64,000 nucleotides of DNA from contig JABGPZ010000069.1 in the NCBI GenBank assembly GCA_018644725.1, forward strand, positions 84,238 to 148,237, written 5' to 3'. Position 1 is the stretch's first letter; the number at the start of each line of letters is the position of its first letter. The notes beneath the pieces were generated by a model. The model saw only the letters and a list, made by a program, of their open reading frames with translations. It had not been told where the DNA came from and did not search any database. The translations under genes were made by a program, and so were the position numbers. Source of the DNA: Phycisphaerales bacterium. Its GTDB lineage: Bacteria; Planctomycetota; Phycisphaerae; SM23-33. This document shows positions 26,870 to 42,784 of the stretch, piece after piece.

Positions 26870-26896
26870 TTTGGTTGGTACTACTATATAGAAGCA
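26870..26896 (-). promoter_or_regulatory. Shared motif B copy, putative promoter of the lipoprotein gene
   Basis: GCTTCTATATAGTAGTACCAACC followed by AAAGGGAG and ATG within about 15 nt. Spacing fits a -10 followed by a short leader. Confidence 0.35.
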
Positions 26897-27053
26897 AGCG
26901 GGGGGAATGCAAGGGGGAGGGTTTGAAAAAGGGGATTCGGCGCGGGATGGTCCGGCGAGACGGCCAAAATCGCGTGAAAACGGTATTTTTTGCTGTTTTT
27001 AGGGTTAGTGGGGGTTGTTGCGATAAAAAAAGTGAAAAAAAAACGAAAGAGAA

Positions 27054-27081
27054 TTGACTTCATTGGGGATGTCTGTATAAT
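27054..27081 (+). promoter_or_regulatory. Consensus sigma70-type promoter with A-tract UP element for the tRNA-Thr-tuf operon
   Basis: TTGACT-16 nt-TATAAT, preceded by gcgataaaaaaagtgaaaaaaaaacgaaagagaa, about 130 nt upstream of the tRNA. Confidence 0.6.
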
Positions 27082-27210
27082 TTTGCGTCCTGTCATCGGA
27101 ATGGTGTGGCTGTAGCCAGATCGCCGAAAACGGGTAACATCCTAGAAAAAAAGGGCCTTGCCGACGCATCGGAATAGCTATTTCGGTAGTTTGCATGGCT
27201 TTGAATGACC

Positions 27211-27282
<72 letters not shown>

Positions 27283-27411
27283 TTCCGACGATATCGTATC
27301 GTCGGGCCGAACCCAAAGGCGGTGAGTGGCGTGTGCTTCTTACCTGGCGATTGAATGATCGAAAAGCCTTCTATGGGAGCAATATCAAACGCTTCTTTTA
27401 AGGAGAACAAA

Positions 27412-28614
27412 ATGGCTAAGGAAGTATTCGAACGCACCAAGCCGCACATGAACGTTGGCACGATTGGCCACGTTGACCACGGTAAAACCACCCTCACCTG
27501 CGCGATCACGAGCGTCTGCGAAGCCCAAGGCTGGTCGAAGGCCAAGAGCTACGACGACATCGCCAAGGCTTCGGAAAGCCAAGGCCGCCGCGACGCAAGC
27601 AAGATTGTGACCATCGCATCGGCACACGTCGAGTACGAGTCGGCCAACCGCCACTACGCTCACGTTGACTGCCCTGGTCACGCTGACTATGTCAAGAACA
27701 TGATCACCGGTGCCGCCCAAATGGACGGCGCGATCCTCGTAGTGTCGGCCTTTGACGGCCCGATGCCCCAGACCCGCGAACACGTCCTCTTGGCCCGCCA
27801 AGTGAACGTGCCGAACCTGGTTGTCTTCCTCAACAAGTGCGACCTCGTCGAAGACGAAGAACTGCTTGAACTGGTTGACATGGAAGTTCGCGAACTTCTC
27901 AGCATGTACGACTTCGACGGCGACAACGCTCCCGTGATCCAAGGTTCGGCCACCGCCGCAATCTCCGATCCCGGTGGCGACGGTGCCAAGTCGATCATCG
28001 AGCTGCTCGACGCGCTTGACGCGCTTCCCCAGCCCCCCCGTGAAACCGACAAGCCTTTCTTGATGCCCATCGAAGACGTCTTCTCGATCAAGGGTCGTGG
28101 TACCGTTGGTACCGGCCGTATCGAACGTGGCGTTGTCAAGGTCGGCGACAAGATCGAAATCATCGGTCTCGGCGAAACCCGCGAAACCACCATTACCGGC
28201 GTTGAAATGTTCAACAAGGAAATGAACGAAGGCGAAGCGGGCGACAACTGTGGTTGCCTCCTGCGTGGCATCGACAAAGAAGAACTCGGCCGCGGCATGG
28301 TCCTCTGCAAGCCCGGCTCGGTGACCCCGCACTCCAAGTGCGAAGGCGAAGTCTACGTCCTGACCAAGGAAGAAGGCGGTCGTCACAGCCCGTTCTTCAC
28401 CGGCTACCGCCCCCAGTTCTACTTCCGGACCACCGACGTGACCGGCACCGTGACGCTGCCCGAAGGCACCGAAATGTGCATGCCCGGCGATAACGTCCAG
28501 ATGACGATTGAACTGCTGAACACCAAGATTGCTATGGAAGATGGCCTGCGCTTCGCGATTCGCGAAGGTGGCCGTACCGTGGCTTCGGGTGTTGTGACCA
28601 AGATTCTCGAGTAG
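27412..28614 (+). CDS. tuf: Elongation factor Tu
   Basis: [28 protein letters not shown]… and [22 protein letters not shown]; the track start at 27355 is an upstream extension. Confidence 0.95.
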   Translation: MAKEVFERTKPHMNVGTIGHVDHGKTTLTCAITSVCEAQGWSKAKSYDDIAKASESQGRRDASKIVTIASAHVEYESANRHYAHVDCPGHADYVKNMITGAAQMDGAILVVSAFDGPMPQTREHVLLARQVNVPNLVVFLNKCDLVEDEELLELVDMEVRELLSMYDFDGDNAPVIQGSATAAISDPGGDGAKSIIELLDALDALPQPPRETDKPFLMPIEDVFSIKGRGTVGTGRIERGVVKVGDKIEIIGLGETRETTITGVEMFNKEMNEGEAGDNCGCLLRGIDKEELGRGMVLCKPGSVTPHSKCEGEVYVLTKEEGGRHSPFFTGYRPQFYFRTTDVTGTVTLPEGTEMCMPGDNVQMTIELLNTKIAMEDGLRFAIREGGRTVASGVVTKILE

Positions 28615-28675
28615 TCTTGGACCTAAAGATCCCCAGGGCTTTCTGACAAAGTCCGATACCACGAGGTAAATCCAC

Positions 28676-28843
28676 ATGGCAAAGTCAAAAGCCCGCGAAT
28701 ACGTTTGGCTCCAGTGCAAAGAGTGCAAGGACCTGAATTACCGCACGAACGTCCGCGTCCAAGGCGGAGTTCCCAAGCTGGAATTCAACAAGTTCTGCCC
28801 GCGTGAACGTAAAGTCACCACGCACAAGATCAAACGTAAATAG
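28676..28843 (+). CDS. rpmG: 50S ribosomal protein L33 (55 aa; below ORF-track cutoff)
   Basis: Manual translation gives MAKSKAREYVWLQCKECKDLNYRTNVRVQGGVPKLEFNKFCPRERKVTTHKIKRK, with a CxxC…CxxR zinc ribbon. GAGGT RBS. The tuf-rpmG-tRNA-Trp-secE-nusG order is conserved. Confidence 0.85.
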   Translation: MAKSKAREYVWLQCKECKDLNYRTNVRVQGGVPKLEFNKFCPRERKVTTHKIKRK

Positions 28844-28888
28844 ACAATGACAACCCCGTCCCGATGGTTCGCCGTCGGGACGGGATAC

Positions 28889-28961
<73 letters not shown>

Positions 28962-29356
28962 CTGAACTCGCTTCGGCGAGTCTCAACACAACATAGCCGG
29001 GTCGGCGACGCGATTGGCGCGCGTCTTGAACCGATCCGGGGTGCATACGCACCGATTGTATTCCAAACAGAATGTCCCCCGTCGTCGCCAACGATGCGGT
29101 GGCAGACGATTGGAATCCAGCCGGAACTCGTTACTTCGGGCGAAGACTCGCCTGAATGTCACGGGTTTATTTTCGTATCTGTCTCGATACGGGCTCGCCA
29201 ATGCCCATCCGAGACACTGCGAATACGACAGATGCTGTAGATTGAGCATTGCATTGTAATGATGCCAACTCTCTTGCTTGCAAGGAGTTGTGCGAAAAAC
29301 AATGTACATCCTTGATCGTTCGGGACATTCGAAACCCCCTATGGAAAGGGACCACG

Positions 29357-29752
29357 ATGAAGATTTACAAACGGAATCAGGGAAAATACACCCGTGGCGT
29401 CACTGCCGCAATTGTCATGGTTATGGCATTGTGGCTGTGTTGGTCACTGAAAAACACTCTTCTGAGCAGTGTCGGGGCTGGCCAGTCCGGAACGTATATT
29501 GCGTTCGGCGTGCCGCTTGCGGTCTTTGCGCTGTTGGGGTTGCTGGTCTACCGGATCCTCAACCGCCAGAAGTCGGCCGATTTCCTGATCGCGACCGAAA
29601 ACGAAATGAAAAAAGTCAGCTGGTCGAGCAAGAAAGAAGTCATTGGCTCCACAAAAGTGGTTGTCGTGACGACCTTTCTGATGGCTGGCATGCTGTTCCT
29701 CGTGGATATGCTGTTCCTCGGGATTTTCAAGCTTATTAAAGTTCAGGGCTAG
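29357..29752 (+). CDS. secE: Preprotein translocase subunit SecE (extended, 3 TM)
   Basis: Position between tRNA-Trp and nusG. Multi-TM protein with the conserved C-terminal SecE helix (…KKVSWSSKKEVIGSTKVVVVTTFLMAGMLFLVD…). ATG 29357; the track start at 29249 is an extension. Confidence 0.75.
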   Translation: MKIYKRNQGKYTRGVTAAIVMVMALWLCWSLKNTLLSSVGAGQSGTYIAFGVPLAVFALLGLLVYRILNRQKSADFLIATENEMKKVSWSSKKEVIGSTKVVVVTTFLMAGMLFLVDMLFLGIFKLIKVQG

Positions 29753-29776
29753 CCCCGAGCTCCGAAAGGCAAACTA

Positions 29777-30523
29777 ATGACCGACCAGAACGATGCAAAA
29801 AGTATTGACGAGACGATCGCCGAAGCCGACGCGACCATCCAGCAGGCAGACCCTGCCCCCGAAGCACCGGCCGAAGAGGCTGTTGTGACTGAAGAGGCTG
29901 CGCCCGCAGAGGCTCCGGCCGAAGCGCCCGCTCCGGATGTCAAAATGGTGGGCGATCAGCCCCTCGTCGCGCCGGGCATGGTTTGGACCGTGCTACGCGT
30001 GGCAAGCAACAAAGAAGACATGGTCCGCGAAACTCTCGTCCGCAAGGTCAAGATGGAAGGCCTCGCTGGCAGCGTGAACCGGATTCTCGTGCCGACCGAA
30101 AAGCGCCCCGTTCAGCGTGGCCGCGGCAAGGCCAAGATGGTCGAGCGCAAGCTTTACCCCGGCTACGTCTTCGTGGAAGTCAAACTGGACTCCAACGGTA
30201 GCATTGACGAAAAAACCTGGTTCGCCATCAAGGAAACCACTGGCGTGGGTGACTTCATCGGCGCGGGCGGCAAGCCGGCTCCGATGGGCCTCGACGACGT
30301 CGAAAAGATGCTCCTCCAGGTCGTCAAGGCGCAAGAAGGCGCACCGGTGACCGTGGAATTCGAAGCGGGCCAGACCGTGAAAATCAAAGAGGGCCCGTTC
30401 GAGAACATCGAAGGCTCTGTCGACGAAGTCCTGCCCGACAAGGGCCTCGTGCGCGTAGTCGTGACGATCTTCGGTCGCAGCACGCCCGTCGAACTCGAAT
30501 ACTGGCAAGTCGAAAAAGTCTAA
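29777..30523 (+). CDS. nusG: Transcription termination/antitermination factor NusG with acidic Ala/Pro/Glu-rich N-terminal extension
   Basis: NGN domain (VWTVLRVASNKEDMVRE…) and C-terminal KOW (GQTVKIKEGPFENIEGSVDEV). Conserved secE-nusG-rplK synteny. Confidence 0.9.
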   Translation: MTDQNDAKSIDETIAEADATIQQADPAPEAPAEEAVVTEEAAPAEAPAEAPAPDVKMVGDQPLVAPGMVWTVLRVASNKEDMVRETLVRKVKMEGLAGSVNRILVPTEKRPVQRGRGKAKMVERKLYPGYVFVEVKLDSNGSIDEKTWFAIKETTGVGDFIGAGGKPAPMGLDDVEKMLLQVVKAQEGAPVTVEFEAGQTVKIKEGPFENIEGSVDEVLPDKGLVRVVVTIFGRSTPVELEYWQVEKV

Positions 30524-30628
30524 TCTCATCCCTCGGGATGATGCAATGCATTGACCGGGTCGCCGGACAGCCGCGAATGGTTCGCGGGGCCTCCGGAATC
30601 CCTAAACTTCAAAGAAGGAAGTGATATC

Positions 30629-31054
30629 ATGGCCAAGGAACTGAAACAAAAGCTGAAGCTGCAAGCCCCCGGTGGCAAGGCAACCCCCGCGCCCCCGATT
30701 GGGCCTGCGCTGGGTGCTGCGAACGTCAACATTGGGCAGTTTGTCCAGGCATTCAACGACAAGACCTCCGACCTCAACGGGATGATCGTCCCGGTGGAAA
30801 TCTCGGTCTACGTCGATGGCAGCTTCGATTTCGTCGTTAAGAGCCCCCCGGCTGCGGTCCTGCTGAAAAAGGCCGCTGGCGTGGACAAGGGTAGCGGCGA
30901 ACCCAACATGCTGAAGGTGGGCACGGTAACCATCGCCCAGTGCCGCGAAATCGCGGAACGCAAGATGGAAGACCTCTCGGCGCGTGACCTCGACGCCGGT
31001 GCGGAAATCATCGCGGGCACAGCCCGGAGCATGGGCCTGATCGTCGAGCGCTAA
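30629..31054 (+). CDS. rplK: 50S ribosomal protein L11
   Basis: [29 protein letters not shown]…. AAGGAAG RBS. The track start at 30551 is an extension. Confidence 0.95.
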   Translation: MAKELKQKLKLQAPGGKATPAPPIGPALGAANVNIGQFVQAFNDKTSDLNGMIVPVEISVYVDGSFDFVVKSPPAAVLLKKAAGVDKGSGEPNMLKVGTVTIAQCREIAERKMEDLSARDLDAGAEIIAGTARSMGLIVER

Positions 31055-31183
31055 GCGCAGACGACCCAGACAAAACAACCATTGATCGGCCTCGGCCGAT
31101 TCCCGCCGTGTGGCGGGCGCTAAACCACGGGCGACTCGTGGGAGACCGGCGCGAGCCGGATCGAACGATAAGGAGTGCATATT

Positions 31184-31870
31184 ATGGCCAAACGCTATCC
31201 CAAGCGATACGGCAAGGCGCTCGAGATGCAACCAGCGGATAAATTGACCGTGGCGGAAGCCGTCAAAACGATCAAAGCTTATCCGGCCCCGAAGTTTGAC
31301 CAGAGTGTCGAGCTTTGCATGCATCTCGGGATCGACCCCCGACAAGCAGACCAAGCCCTGCGCGGCAGCCTCTCGCTGCCCCACGGTATTGGTAAAACCA
31401 AGAAGGTGATTGCCTTCTGTGATGAAGGATCTGCCGCCGAAGCCGCTTTGGCTGCTGGCGCGACCGAAGCCGGGCTCGAAGAGCTCGTCGACAAGGTCGC
31501 CAAGGGCTGGATGGATTTCGACGTCGCAATCGCACACCCCGCAGCAATGCGCGTGGTGTCCAAGCTCGGTCGGGCCCTCGGCCCGAGCGGCAAGATGCCC
31601 AGCCCCAAAGCGGGCACGGTATCGCCGGACGTTGCAACGGCCGTCAAGGAATTCGCAGCTGGCAAGCTCGAATACCGCAACGACGACTTCGGCAACCTTC
31701 ACGTTGTGGTTGGCAAGTGCAGCTTTGACGAACAACAACTGATCGAGAACATCGAGTTCTTCGTGAAGTTCGTTAAGAAGTCCAAGCCCGCGACCACCAA
31801 GGGTCACTACATCAAAAAGATTTCCCTTTCGGCCTCGATGACCCCATCGGCTGAAATTGCGGAATTTTAG
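31184..31870 (+). CDS. rplA: 50S ribosomal protein L1
   Basis: [15 protein letters not shown]…. AAGGAG RBS. The track start at 31175 is a GTG extension. Confidence 0.95.
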   Translation: MAKRYPKRYGKALEMQPADKLTVAEAVKTIKAYPAPKFDQSVELCMHLGIDPRQADQALRGSLSLPHGIGKTKKVIAFCDEGSAAEAALAAGATEAGLEELVDKVAKGWMDFDVAIAHPAAMRVVSKLGRALGPSGKMPSPKAGTVSPDVATAVKEFAAGKLEYRNDDFGNLHVVVGKCSFDEQQLIENIEFFVKFVKKSKPATTKGHYIKKISLSASMTPSAEIAEF

Positions 31871-31880
31871 GAGCTGAACC

Positions 31881-32399
31881 ATGAGTAAACCTATCAAGGA
31901 AATGATGCGCGACGAGCTGATCCAGCGTTTTGATGACGCTGATTCGGTTGCGATTTGCGGTTTTACTGGGCTCGATGCCGAAGCGACCTACAACATGCGT
32001 GGTCGTCTGCAGGACAAAGAGATCAACTTCACGGTTGTGAAGAACTCCCTGGCCCGCGCCGCCTTTAAGAAGGTTGGCCTGGACACAGCCATCGACATGC
32101 TCGACGGGCCTTGCGCGGTTGCGTGGGGCAGTGACAGCATCGTGACGGTTGTTCGCGAACTGCTGGACATCCAGAAGAACTCCGGAGCTCTGACGATCAA
32201 GGGCGCAGTCCTCGACGGCGACGTGTTCGCTGGCGACGCTGCGGTCAAACAACTCAGCACCTTCCCGACCCGCGACGAGGCCATTGCCGACGTTGTTGGT
32301 TGCGTGCTGTCGGCTGGCGCGAACCTCGCTGGCTGCCTGATGGGACCCAGCGGCCAAGTTGCTGGCATCCTCAAGACCATCGAAGAAAAAGGCGAGTAG
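31881..32399 (+). CDS. rplJ: 50S ribosomal protein L10
   Basis: Conserved L10 N-terminal domain. Position between rplA and rplL. Confidence 0.9.
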   Translation: MSKPIKEMMRDELIQRFDDADSVAICGFTGLDAEATYNMRGRLQDKEINFTVVKNSLARAAFKKVGLDTAIDMLDGPCAVAWGSDSIVTVVRELLDIQKNSGALTIKGAVLDGDVFAGDAAVKQLSTFPTRDEAIADVVGCVLSAGANLAGCLMGPSGQVAGILKTIEEKGE

Positions 32400-32488
32400 T
32401 TGTTCCCCGGCTGACGGCTGGGAGACACAACAGACTCAGGAAAAAAAGGCGAGTAAGCCTTTCCCGGCCGATGTGGCTGGGAGACAAC
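32385..32488 (+). repeat. Imperfect ~54-bp tandem duplication spanning the rplJ stop codon and rplJ-rplL spacer
   Basis: gaaaaaggcgagtagttgttccccggctgacggctgggagacacaa is followed by gaaaaaaaggcgagtaagcctttcccggccgatgtggctgggagacaac. Confidence 0.5.
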
Positions 32489-32602
32489 TTAGATACGACA
32501 AATACACTTGTCGGCCGCGGATTGGGCGAGACTGCTCTCGCTTAAACGGAACCAGCGGGGTTCCTCCTATCAAGCCGACACCTACTCCACAGGAGACAGA
32601 CA

Positions 32603-33007
32603 ATGACCGAAGAAGCAACCAAAGAATTCGACGCAGCGATCAAGGAACTCGGCGACAAGATTTCCGCCCTGACCCTCAAAGAAGCTGTTGACCTCAAAGA
32701 TTACCTCGCCGACGCATACGGCATCGAACCCGCCGCTGGTGGCGCGGTTGTGATGGCTGGCCCCGCTGGTGGTGGCGAAGAAGAAGCCGAAGAAAAGACG
32801 GCATTCGACGTCGTTCTCACCGGTGACGGTGGCAACAAGATCGCCGTGATCAAGGTCGTTCGCAGCATGACCGGCCTGGGCCTCAAGGAAGCCAAGGAAT
32901 TGGTCGAATCCGCGCCCGCCAAGATCAAAGAAGGCATCACGAAGGACGAATCCGAAGAAGCCGTCAAGGAAATCGAAGCCGCTGGCGGTACCGCCAAGGT
33001 CGAGTAG
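32603..33007 (+). CDS. rplL: 50S ribosomal protein L7/L12
   Basis: N-terminal dimerisation helix, Ala/Gly/Glu hinge, and C-terminal domain [24 protein letters not shown]. Confidence 0.95.
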   Translation: MTEEATKEFDAAIKELGDKISALTLKEAVDLKDYLADAYGIEPAAGGAVVMAGPAGGGEEEAEEKTAFDVVLTGDGGNKIAVIKVVRSMTGLGLKEAKELVESAPAKIKEGITKDESEEAVKEIEAAGGTAKVE

Positions 33008-33068
33008 TTCCGACGCTCCGGGCTTCGGCCTGGGCAGGAGATTGAACCTGCAATAAAAACACTCTGTA

Positions 33069-33100
33069 CCATCCGTTCTACCGGACGGATGGTGCTTTCG
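33069..33100 (+). terminator. Hairpin between rplL and rpoB (candidate partial terminator/attenuator, as in the E. coli rplL-rpoB spacer)
   Basis: CCATCCGT-TCTACCGG-ACGGATGG followed by TGCTTTCG. No long U-run, so partial termination is more likely. Confidence 0.4.
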
Positions 33101-33248
33101 CGAGTCGCGCGCGGTGAAAATCGCCCGGTTCGCGCACAAGACATGAACACTTCGCCCCACCCGACGGGATAGAATGGCAGCCAGTGGATGGCCTTGCCAG
33201 AGGGCCCGCCGGGATCGGGAAACGAGAACTCCAACTGGAGACTAACGA

Positions 33249-37079
<3,831 letters not shown>

Positions 37080-37191
37080 GGCCCGGAACAGGAGACGGAA
37101 GAATGACATCCAGGATGCTACATTCTACAACTCCCACGGCCAAGCAAAAAAGTCCACGACCTGCTAACTACCCTCAACATGGAGTATAACC

Positions 37192-40100
37192 ATGGCTGAA
37201 AGCGTTTTCGAACGAATCAATGACTATGGCTCGGTAAAAATCCAGCTTGCCTCGCCCAACGACATCCGCAGTTGGTCGTTTGGTGAAGTCAAGAAACCCG
37301 AGACCATCAACTACCGTACCTACCGCCCCGAAAAGGACGGCTTGTTTTGCGAGCGCATTTTTGGTCCTGAAAAGGACTGGGAATGCTCGTGCGGCAAGTA
37401 CAAGGGAACCAAGCACAAAGGCATCATTTGTGATCGCTGTGGCGTGAAAGTGACGCACTCGCGCGTCCGCCGCAAGCGCATGGGGCACATCAACCTCGCC
37501 GCGCCGGTCGTTCACATCTGGTTCTTCAAGGCATTGCCCTCGCGTTTGGGCACGCTGCTGGCGATGCGCACGGCCGACCTCGAGAAAGTGATCCTCTTCC
37601 AGGATTACGTCGTGGTCGAACCCGGCGACACGCCGCTGAAATTCAAGCAAGTCCTCACCGACGAAGAATATCGCTCTGCCGCAGAAAAGTACGGCAGCGA
37701 CTTCAAGGCGATGATGGGCGCGGAAGCAATTCGCGTTCTGCTGGACAAGCTGGACATGGAGCTTCTCGTTGGCGAACTTCGCGACGACCTGAGCAAGACC
37801 GCCAGCAAGCAGAAAATCAAAGACATCACCAAGCGTCTTCGCCTCGTCGAAGGCCTCAAGGGCTCGGGCAACGATCCGGCCTGGCTGGTGATGGAAGTCG
37901 TTCCGGTCATCCCGCCGGACCTGCGTCCGTTGGTCCACCTGGAAAATGGCAACTTCGCCACCAGTGACCTCAACGACCTCTACCGCCGCATCATCAACCG
38001 CAACAACCGCTTGCGGAAACTGATGGACCTCAACGCACCGGAAGTCATTATCCGCAACGAAAAGCGGATGCTGCAACAGGCTGTCGACGCCTTGTTCGAC
38101 AATGGCCGTTGCCGCCGCCCGGTCCAAGGCACGTCCAACCGCCCCCTCAAGTCGCTCACCGACATGATCAAGGGCAAGCAGGGTCGCTTCCGCGAAAACC
38201 TGCTCGGGAAACGTGTTGACTACTCCGGCCGTAGTGTGATCGTCGTCGGTCCCGACCTGCTGCTGAACCAGTGTGGTCTTCCGAAGAAAATCGCGCTGGA
38301 ACTCTTCCAGCCTTTCATCATCCGCAAGCTCAAAGATCGCGGCCTCGCCGATACGATCAAATCGGCCAAGCGGATGCTCGAACGTCGTGACCGCGAAATC
38401 TGGGACGTCCTCGAAGAGGTCATCTACCAGCACCCGGTCATGCTCAACCGTGCACCCACGCTTCACCGCATGGGGATCCAGGCCTTCGAGCCGGTTCTCG
38501 TGGAAGGCAACGCCATCCGCCTGCACCCGCTGGTCTGTAAAGGCTTCAACGCTGACTTTGATGGTGACCAAATGGCGGTTCACCTTCCGTTGTCGGTCGA
38601 AGCCCAGGCTGAAGCACACGTGCTGATGCTGGCGACGAACAATATTTTCGCGCCGTCGAACGGCTCGCCGATTATGTCGCCGACGCAGGATATGGTCTTG
38701 GGGATCTACTATCTCACCAGTGATCGCGGTCGTGAAAACGTCTCCGAGAAGCTGCTGAAAGTCGACTTCAATGGCCAAAAGCTTCCCGCGTTTTCCTGCA
38801 TGAAGGAAGCAATCATGGCGTGGGATCAGGGCCTGCTGGGAATGCACGCACCGCTGGTGGTTCGCATCGATTCCCGCTTCGAAACCATTGCCGAAGAATC
38901 CGGCATCCGCGCGCTTGACGGTGGCAAGGCCATCACGACCGTGGGTCGCTTGATCTTCAATGACATGTTGCCCGAAGGCATGAGCTACTACAACACGCCG
39001 CTGGGCAGCAAGGGCTGTGGCCGCGTGATTAGCGATTGCTACGCCGTTCTCGGCCGTCGCGACACCCTCGACCTGCTCGACAATATCAAGAAGCTTGGCT
39101 TCCGGTATTCGACGCTTGCGGGTCTGTCGTTCGGCATCACCGACGCGGCCATTCCTGCCGAAAAGGCCGAGATTCTCGGTGCGGCTCAGAAGCGCGTCAA
39201 CAAGATCGAAAACGACTATGCCGCCGACGTCATCACCGCCGGCGAACGCTACAACCAGATCATCGACGAATGGGTCCACGCCAACGAAGAGGTCAAAAAG
39301 CACCTCATTCAGACGCTCAAGGACGACAGTCGCGCCGACGACCCGGGGTACCTCAACCCGGTGTTCCTGATGACCGATTCGGGCGCACGTGGCAAGATCG
39401 ACCAGATCCGTCAGTTGGCGGGGATGCGTGGTCTGATGTCCAAGCCGTCTGGTGAAATTATTGAAACCCCGATTAAGGCAAACTTCCGCGAAGGCCTGAC
39501 CGTTCTGGAGTATTTCTCCTCGACGCACGGTGCGCGTAAGGGTCTGGCCGATACGGCTTTGAAAACCGCTGACTCGGGTTACCTCACTCGTAAACTCGCT
39601 GACGTCGCGCAAAATGTGATCGTCAACGAACTCAACTGTGGTACCGTTCGCGGCATCACCAAGTCGACGATCCGCAAGGGCGAACAGATCGACCTCGCAT
39701 TGCGCGAGATGATCATCGGCCGTGTCGCGCTCGACTCGATCCGCAACCCCATCAGCGACGAAGTCGTCGTCAAGTCTGCCCAGGTGATTACCGCCGAGAT
39801 GGCTGACAAGATCGAAGACCTCGGCATTGAAGAAATCCGCGTCCGTAGCCCGTTGACGTGCGAAAGCCCCTTGGGCTGCTGCGCGAAGTGCTACGGCCTG
39901 GATATGTCCACGGGCCTGCTCGTGGAAGAAGGCCTCGCGGTCGGCATCATCGGCGCCCAGTCGATTGGTGAGCCTGGCACGCAGCTGACCATGCGTACGT
40001 TCCACACCGGTGGTACCGCGACGCGTGCGCTGGTGGAAAACACCCTTAACGCTCCGATGGGCGGAACGGTGAAATACCGCGACCTCAACGCAGTGCCCAA

Positions 40101-41550
40101 TCCCGACGGCGACGGCTTTATTGCCCTCAAGCGCCAAGGGGAACTGGTCCTGGTCGATGCCAAGGACCGCGAACTCGAGAAGTTCAAGGTTCAGTATGGT
40201 TCGCTGATTTCCGCGAAGGAAGGCCAGAAGGTCAAAGCCGGCGCCAAGCTGGTCGAATGGGACCCGCACGTCCTTCCGATTCTCGCCGAAGCCAAGGGTA
40301 CCGTCCGCTTCGAAGACGTTAAAGAAGGCGAAACTGTCCGCGTTGAAGACGCTGGCCACTCCGTCCGCATGATCGTCATCGAGCACAAAGGTGACTTGCA
40401 CCCGCGAATCGTTATCGAAGACAAAGACGGCAAAATCCTCGACTTCCACTACCTGCCCGCCAAGGCGCGCATCGAAGTGGAAGAAGGCGACACCGTCAAG
40501 CCGGGTAACCTCCTCGCGCGTCAACCGCGTGAAACGTCGGGTACCCAGGATATCACCGGTGGTCTGCCGCGTGTTACGGAAATTTTCGAAGCACGCCGTC
40601 CGAAAGACCCCGCAGCGATGGCCGAAATCTCCGGCCGGGTCGAATTGCGCACCGACAAACGTCGTGGCAAGATGACCGTCATCGTCCGCAGCGACAGCGG
40701 CATGGAACGCGAACACCACGTTCCCAAGGACCGCCACCTGCTGGTGCACACCGGCGACTACGTCGAAGCGGGTGAACCGCTGACCGAAGGTCCGCTCGTG
40801 CCGCACGACATCCTCGACATCCGTGGTGAAGAGGCGCTCCAGCAGTACCTCCTCAGCGAAGTCCAGGGCGTTTACCGCAGCCAGGGTGTGGGCATCAATG
40901 ACAAGCACATCGAAGTGATTGTCAACCAGATGCTCCGCAAGGTCCAGATTGACCAGGTGGGGGACTCGAATCTCCTGCCGGGCGAAATCGTCGACCGCTA
41001 TCGCTTCCAGTTCGAGAACGCTCGTCTGAGCAAGGGCCTCAAGATCATCGAGCCGGGTGACACCGCGCTCAAGGGTGACGAGATCTACAGCCGCGACGAC
41101 ATCGAACAGGCCAACATCGACGCCGAAGCACTCGGTGGCGAGCCCGCGAAGACCAAAAAGCCCAAGCCCGCAACGGCCAAGACGTTGCTGCTGGGGATTA
41201 CCAAAGCGTCGCTGCAGAGCGAATCGTTCCTCTCGGCTGCGAGTTTCCAGGAGTCGACCAAGGTCTTCACCGAAGCATCGCTGTCGGGCAAGATCGACGA
41301 ATTGCGCGGCCTGAAAGAAAACGTCATTCTCGGCCACTTGATCCCTGCCGGTACAAGCTTCAAACCGTACCTCGACATGCAGATGATCAAGGACATCCCC
41401 GAGGAAGACATCGAACCGACCTTCGAAACCCCCGAAGCCGCTGGTCCCGAATCGGCGATGAGCGACGACGAAATCACCGCCGCCGTGCAGCAAGCCCTCG
41501 GCGCGCTGGGTTTCGGTGACGAACAGGTCGAAGAAATCGAAGAAGTCTAA
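37192..41550 (+). CDS. rpoC: DNA-directed RNA polymerase subunit beta'
   Basis: 1452 aa. Zinc finger [21 protein letters not shown], catalytic NADFDGDQM, bridge helix and trigger loop regions. Confidence 0.97.
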   Translation: MAESVFERINDYGSVKIQLASPNDIRSWSFGEVKKPETINYRTYRPEKDGLFCERIFGPEKDWECSCGKYKGTKHKGIICDRCGVKVTHSRVRRKRMGHINLAAPVVHIWFFKALPSRLGTLLAMRTADLEKVILFQDYVVVEPGDTPLKFKQVLTDEEYRSAAEKYGSDFKAMMGAEAIRVLLDKLDMELLVGELRDDLSKTASKQKIKDITKRLRLVEGLKGSGNDPAWLVMEVVPVIPPDLRPLVHLENGNFATSDLNDLYRRIINRNNRLRKLMDLNAPEVIIRNEKRMLQQAVDALFDNGRCRRPVQGTSNRPLKSLTDMIKGKQGRFRENLLGKRVDYSGRSVIVVGPDLLLNQCGLPKKIALELFQPFIIRKLKDRGLADTIKSAKRMLERRDREIWDVLEEVIYQHPVMLNRAPTLHRMGIQAFEPVLVEGNAIRLHPLVCKGFNADFDGDQMAVHLPLSVEAQAEAHVLMLATNNIFAPSNGSPIMSPTQDMVLGIYYLTSDRGRENVSEKLLKVDFNGQKLPAFSCMKEAIMAWDQGLLGMHAPLVVRIDSRFETIAEESGIRALDGGKAITTVGRLIFNDMLPEGMSYYNTPLGSKGCGRVISDCYAVLGRRDTLDLLDNIKKLGFRYSTLAGLSFGITDAAIPAEKAEILGAAQKRVNKIENDYAADVITAGERYNQIIDEWVHANEEVKKHLIQTLKDDSRADDPGYLNPVFLMTDSGARGKIDQIRQLAGMRGLMSKPSGEIIETPIKANFREGLTVLEYFSSTHGARKGLADTALKTADSGYLTRKLADVAQNVIVNELNCGTVRGITKSTIRKGEQIDLALREMIIGRVALDSIRNPISDEVVVKSAQVITAEMADKIEDLGIEEIRVRSPLTCESPLGCCAKCYGLDMSTGLLVEEGLAVGIIGAQSIGEPGTQLTMRTFHTGGTATRALVENTLNAPMGGTVKYRDLNAVPNPDGDGFIALKRQGELVLVDAKDRELEKFKVQYGSLISAKEGQKVKAGAKLVEWDPHVLPILAEAKGTVRFEDVKEGETVRVEDAGHSVRMIVIEHKGDLHPRIVIEDKDGKILDFHYLPAKARIEVEEGDTVKPGNLLARQPRETSGTQDITGGLPRVTEIFEARRPKDPAAMAEISGRVELRTDKRRGKMTVIVRSDSGMEREHHVPKDRHLLVHTGDYVEAGEPLTEGPLVPHDILDIRGEEALQQYLLSEVQGVYRSQGVGINDKHIEVIVNQMLRKVQIDQVGDSNLLPGEIVDRYRFQFENARLSKGLKIIEPGDTALKGDEIYSRDDIEQANIDAEALGGEPAKTKKPKPATAKTLLLGITKASLQSESFLSAASFQESTKVFTEASLSGKIDELRGLKENVILGHLIPAGTSFKPYLDMQMIKDIPEEDIEPTFETPEAAGPESAMSDDEITAAVQQALGALGFGDEQVEEIEEV

Positions 41551-41689
41551 CGCACTGAAGAGTAAAAGGTCGGATTGGAGTTGCAAAATTCCTTGAGAAC
41601 CTTTATTCTTTCGGCGCAAAAAAACTACAACGCCTCGAACCACCGTGGTTCGGGGCATACCCCTCATACTGGTACATGAAGGAGATCGA

Positions 41690-42064
<375 letters not shown>

Positions 42065-42217
42065 TCCCCTCAGGCCCGAACAGCCTGACCCAATGTTCAT
42101 CCCTTCTGCAAGGTGCAGAAGGACTCACGCTCGACGCGATCGCCGAGAGTACTGATTTATAAAAGGGCGGCATGACTCCATGTCCGCCACAGGAACGATG
42201 AGTGAAAGGAACCCATC

Positions 42218-42694
42218 ATGGGACGCAAAAAATACACTGCTAGTGCTGAACAGTTGAAACCCGATCCCCAATTCGGGAGCAAACTGTTGGCGAAATTTAT
42301 CAACGTGATGATGCTGGACGGCAAAAAATGGGCTGCCCAAAAATTCATGTACCAGGCCCTCGATATCATCTCTGAGCGGATCAAAGAAGAAAAGCCGCTC
42401 GACGTGTTCGAAAAGGCAATTGAAAACCTCAAGCCCCGCCTCGAAGTCCGATCCAAGCGCGTTGGTGGCGCAAACTACCAGGTCCCGATGCCCGTGAACC
42501 AGAAGCGTCAGCTCTCGCTGGCAATGCGTTGGTTGCGGGACTCGATCCGCGCCGGCAAGGGCCGCCCCACGGCGATCCGCGCTGCTGACGAAATCGCCGC
42601 CGCATTCCGCGGTGAAGGTGCCGCCATGACCACTCGCGAAAACATCCACCGCATGGCCGAAGCCAACAAGGCCTTCGCCCACTTCGCGTGGTAA
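42218..42694 (+). CDS. rpsG: 30S ribosomal protein S7
   Basis: Typical S7 length and motifs (…ANYQVPMPV…). Follows rpsL. No fusA follows. Confidence 0.95.
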   Translation: MGRKKYTASAEQLKPDPQFGSKLLAKFINVMMLDGKKWAAQKFMYQALDIISERIKEEKPLDVFEKAIENLKPRLEVRSKRVGGANYQVPMPVNQKRQLSLAMRWLRDSIRAGKGRPTAIRAADEIAAAFRGEGAAMTTRENIHRMAEANKAFAHFAW

Positions 42695-42725
42695 CGATTC
42701 GCAGGATCGCTTACGCGACATCACG

Positions 42726-42778
42726 AAAAAATCCCCGACGAGCTTCACAGCTTGCCGGGGATTTTTCTATGTCGAGTG
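42726..42778. terminator. Bidirectional terminator between rpsG (+) and the M20 peptidase gene (-)
   Basis: AAAAAA-ATCCCCG-(18 nt)-CGGGGAT-TTTTCT. Confidence 0.55.
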
Positions 42779-42784
42779 TCGTGG

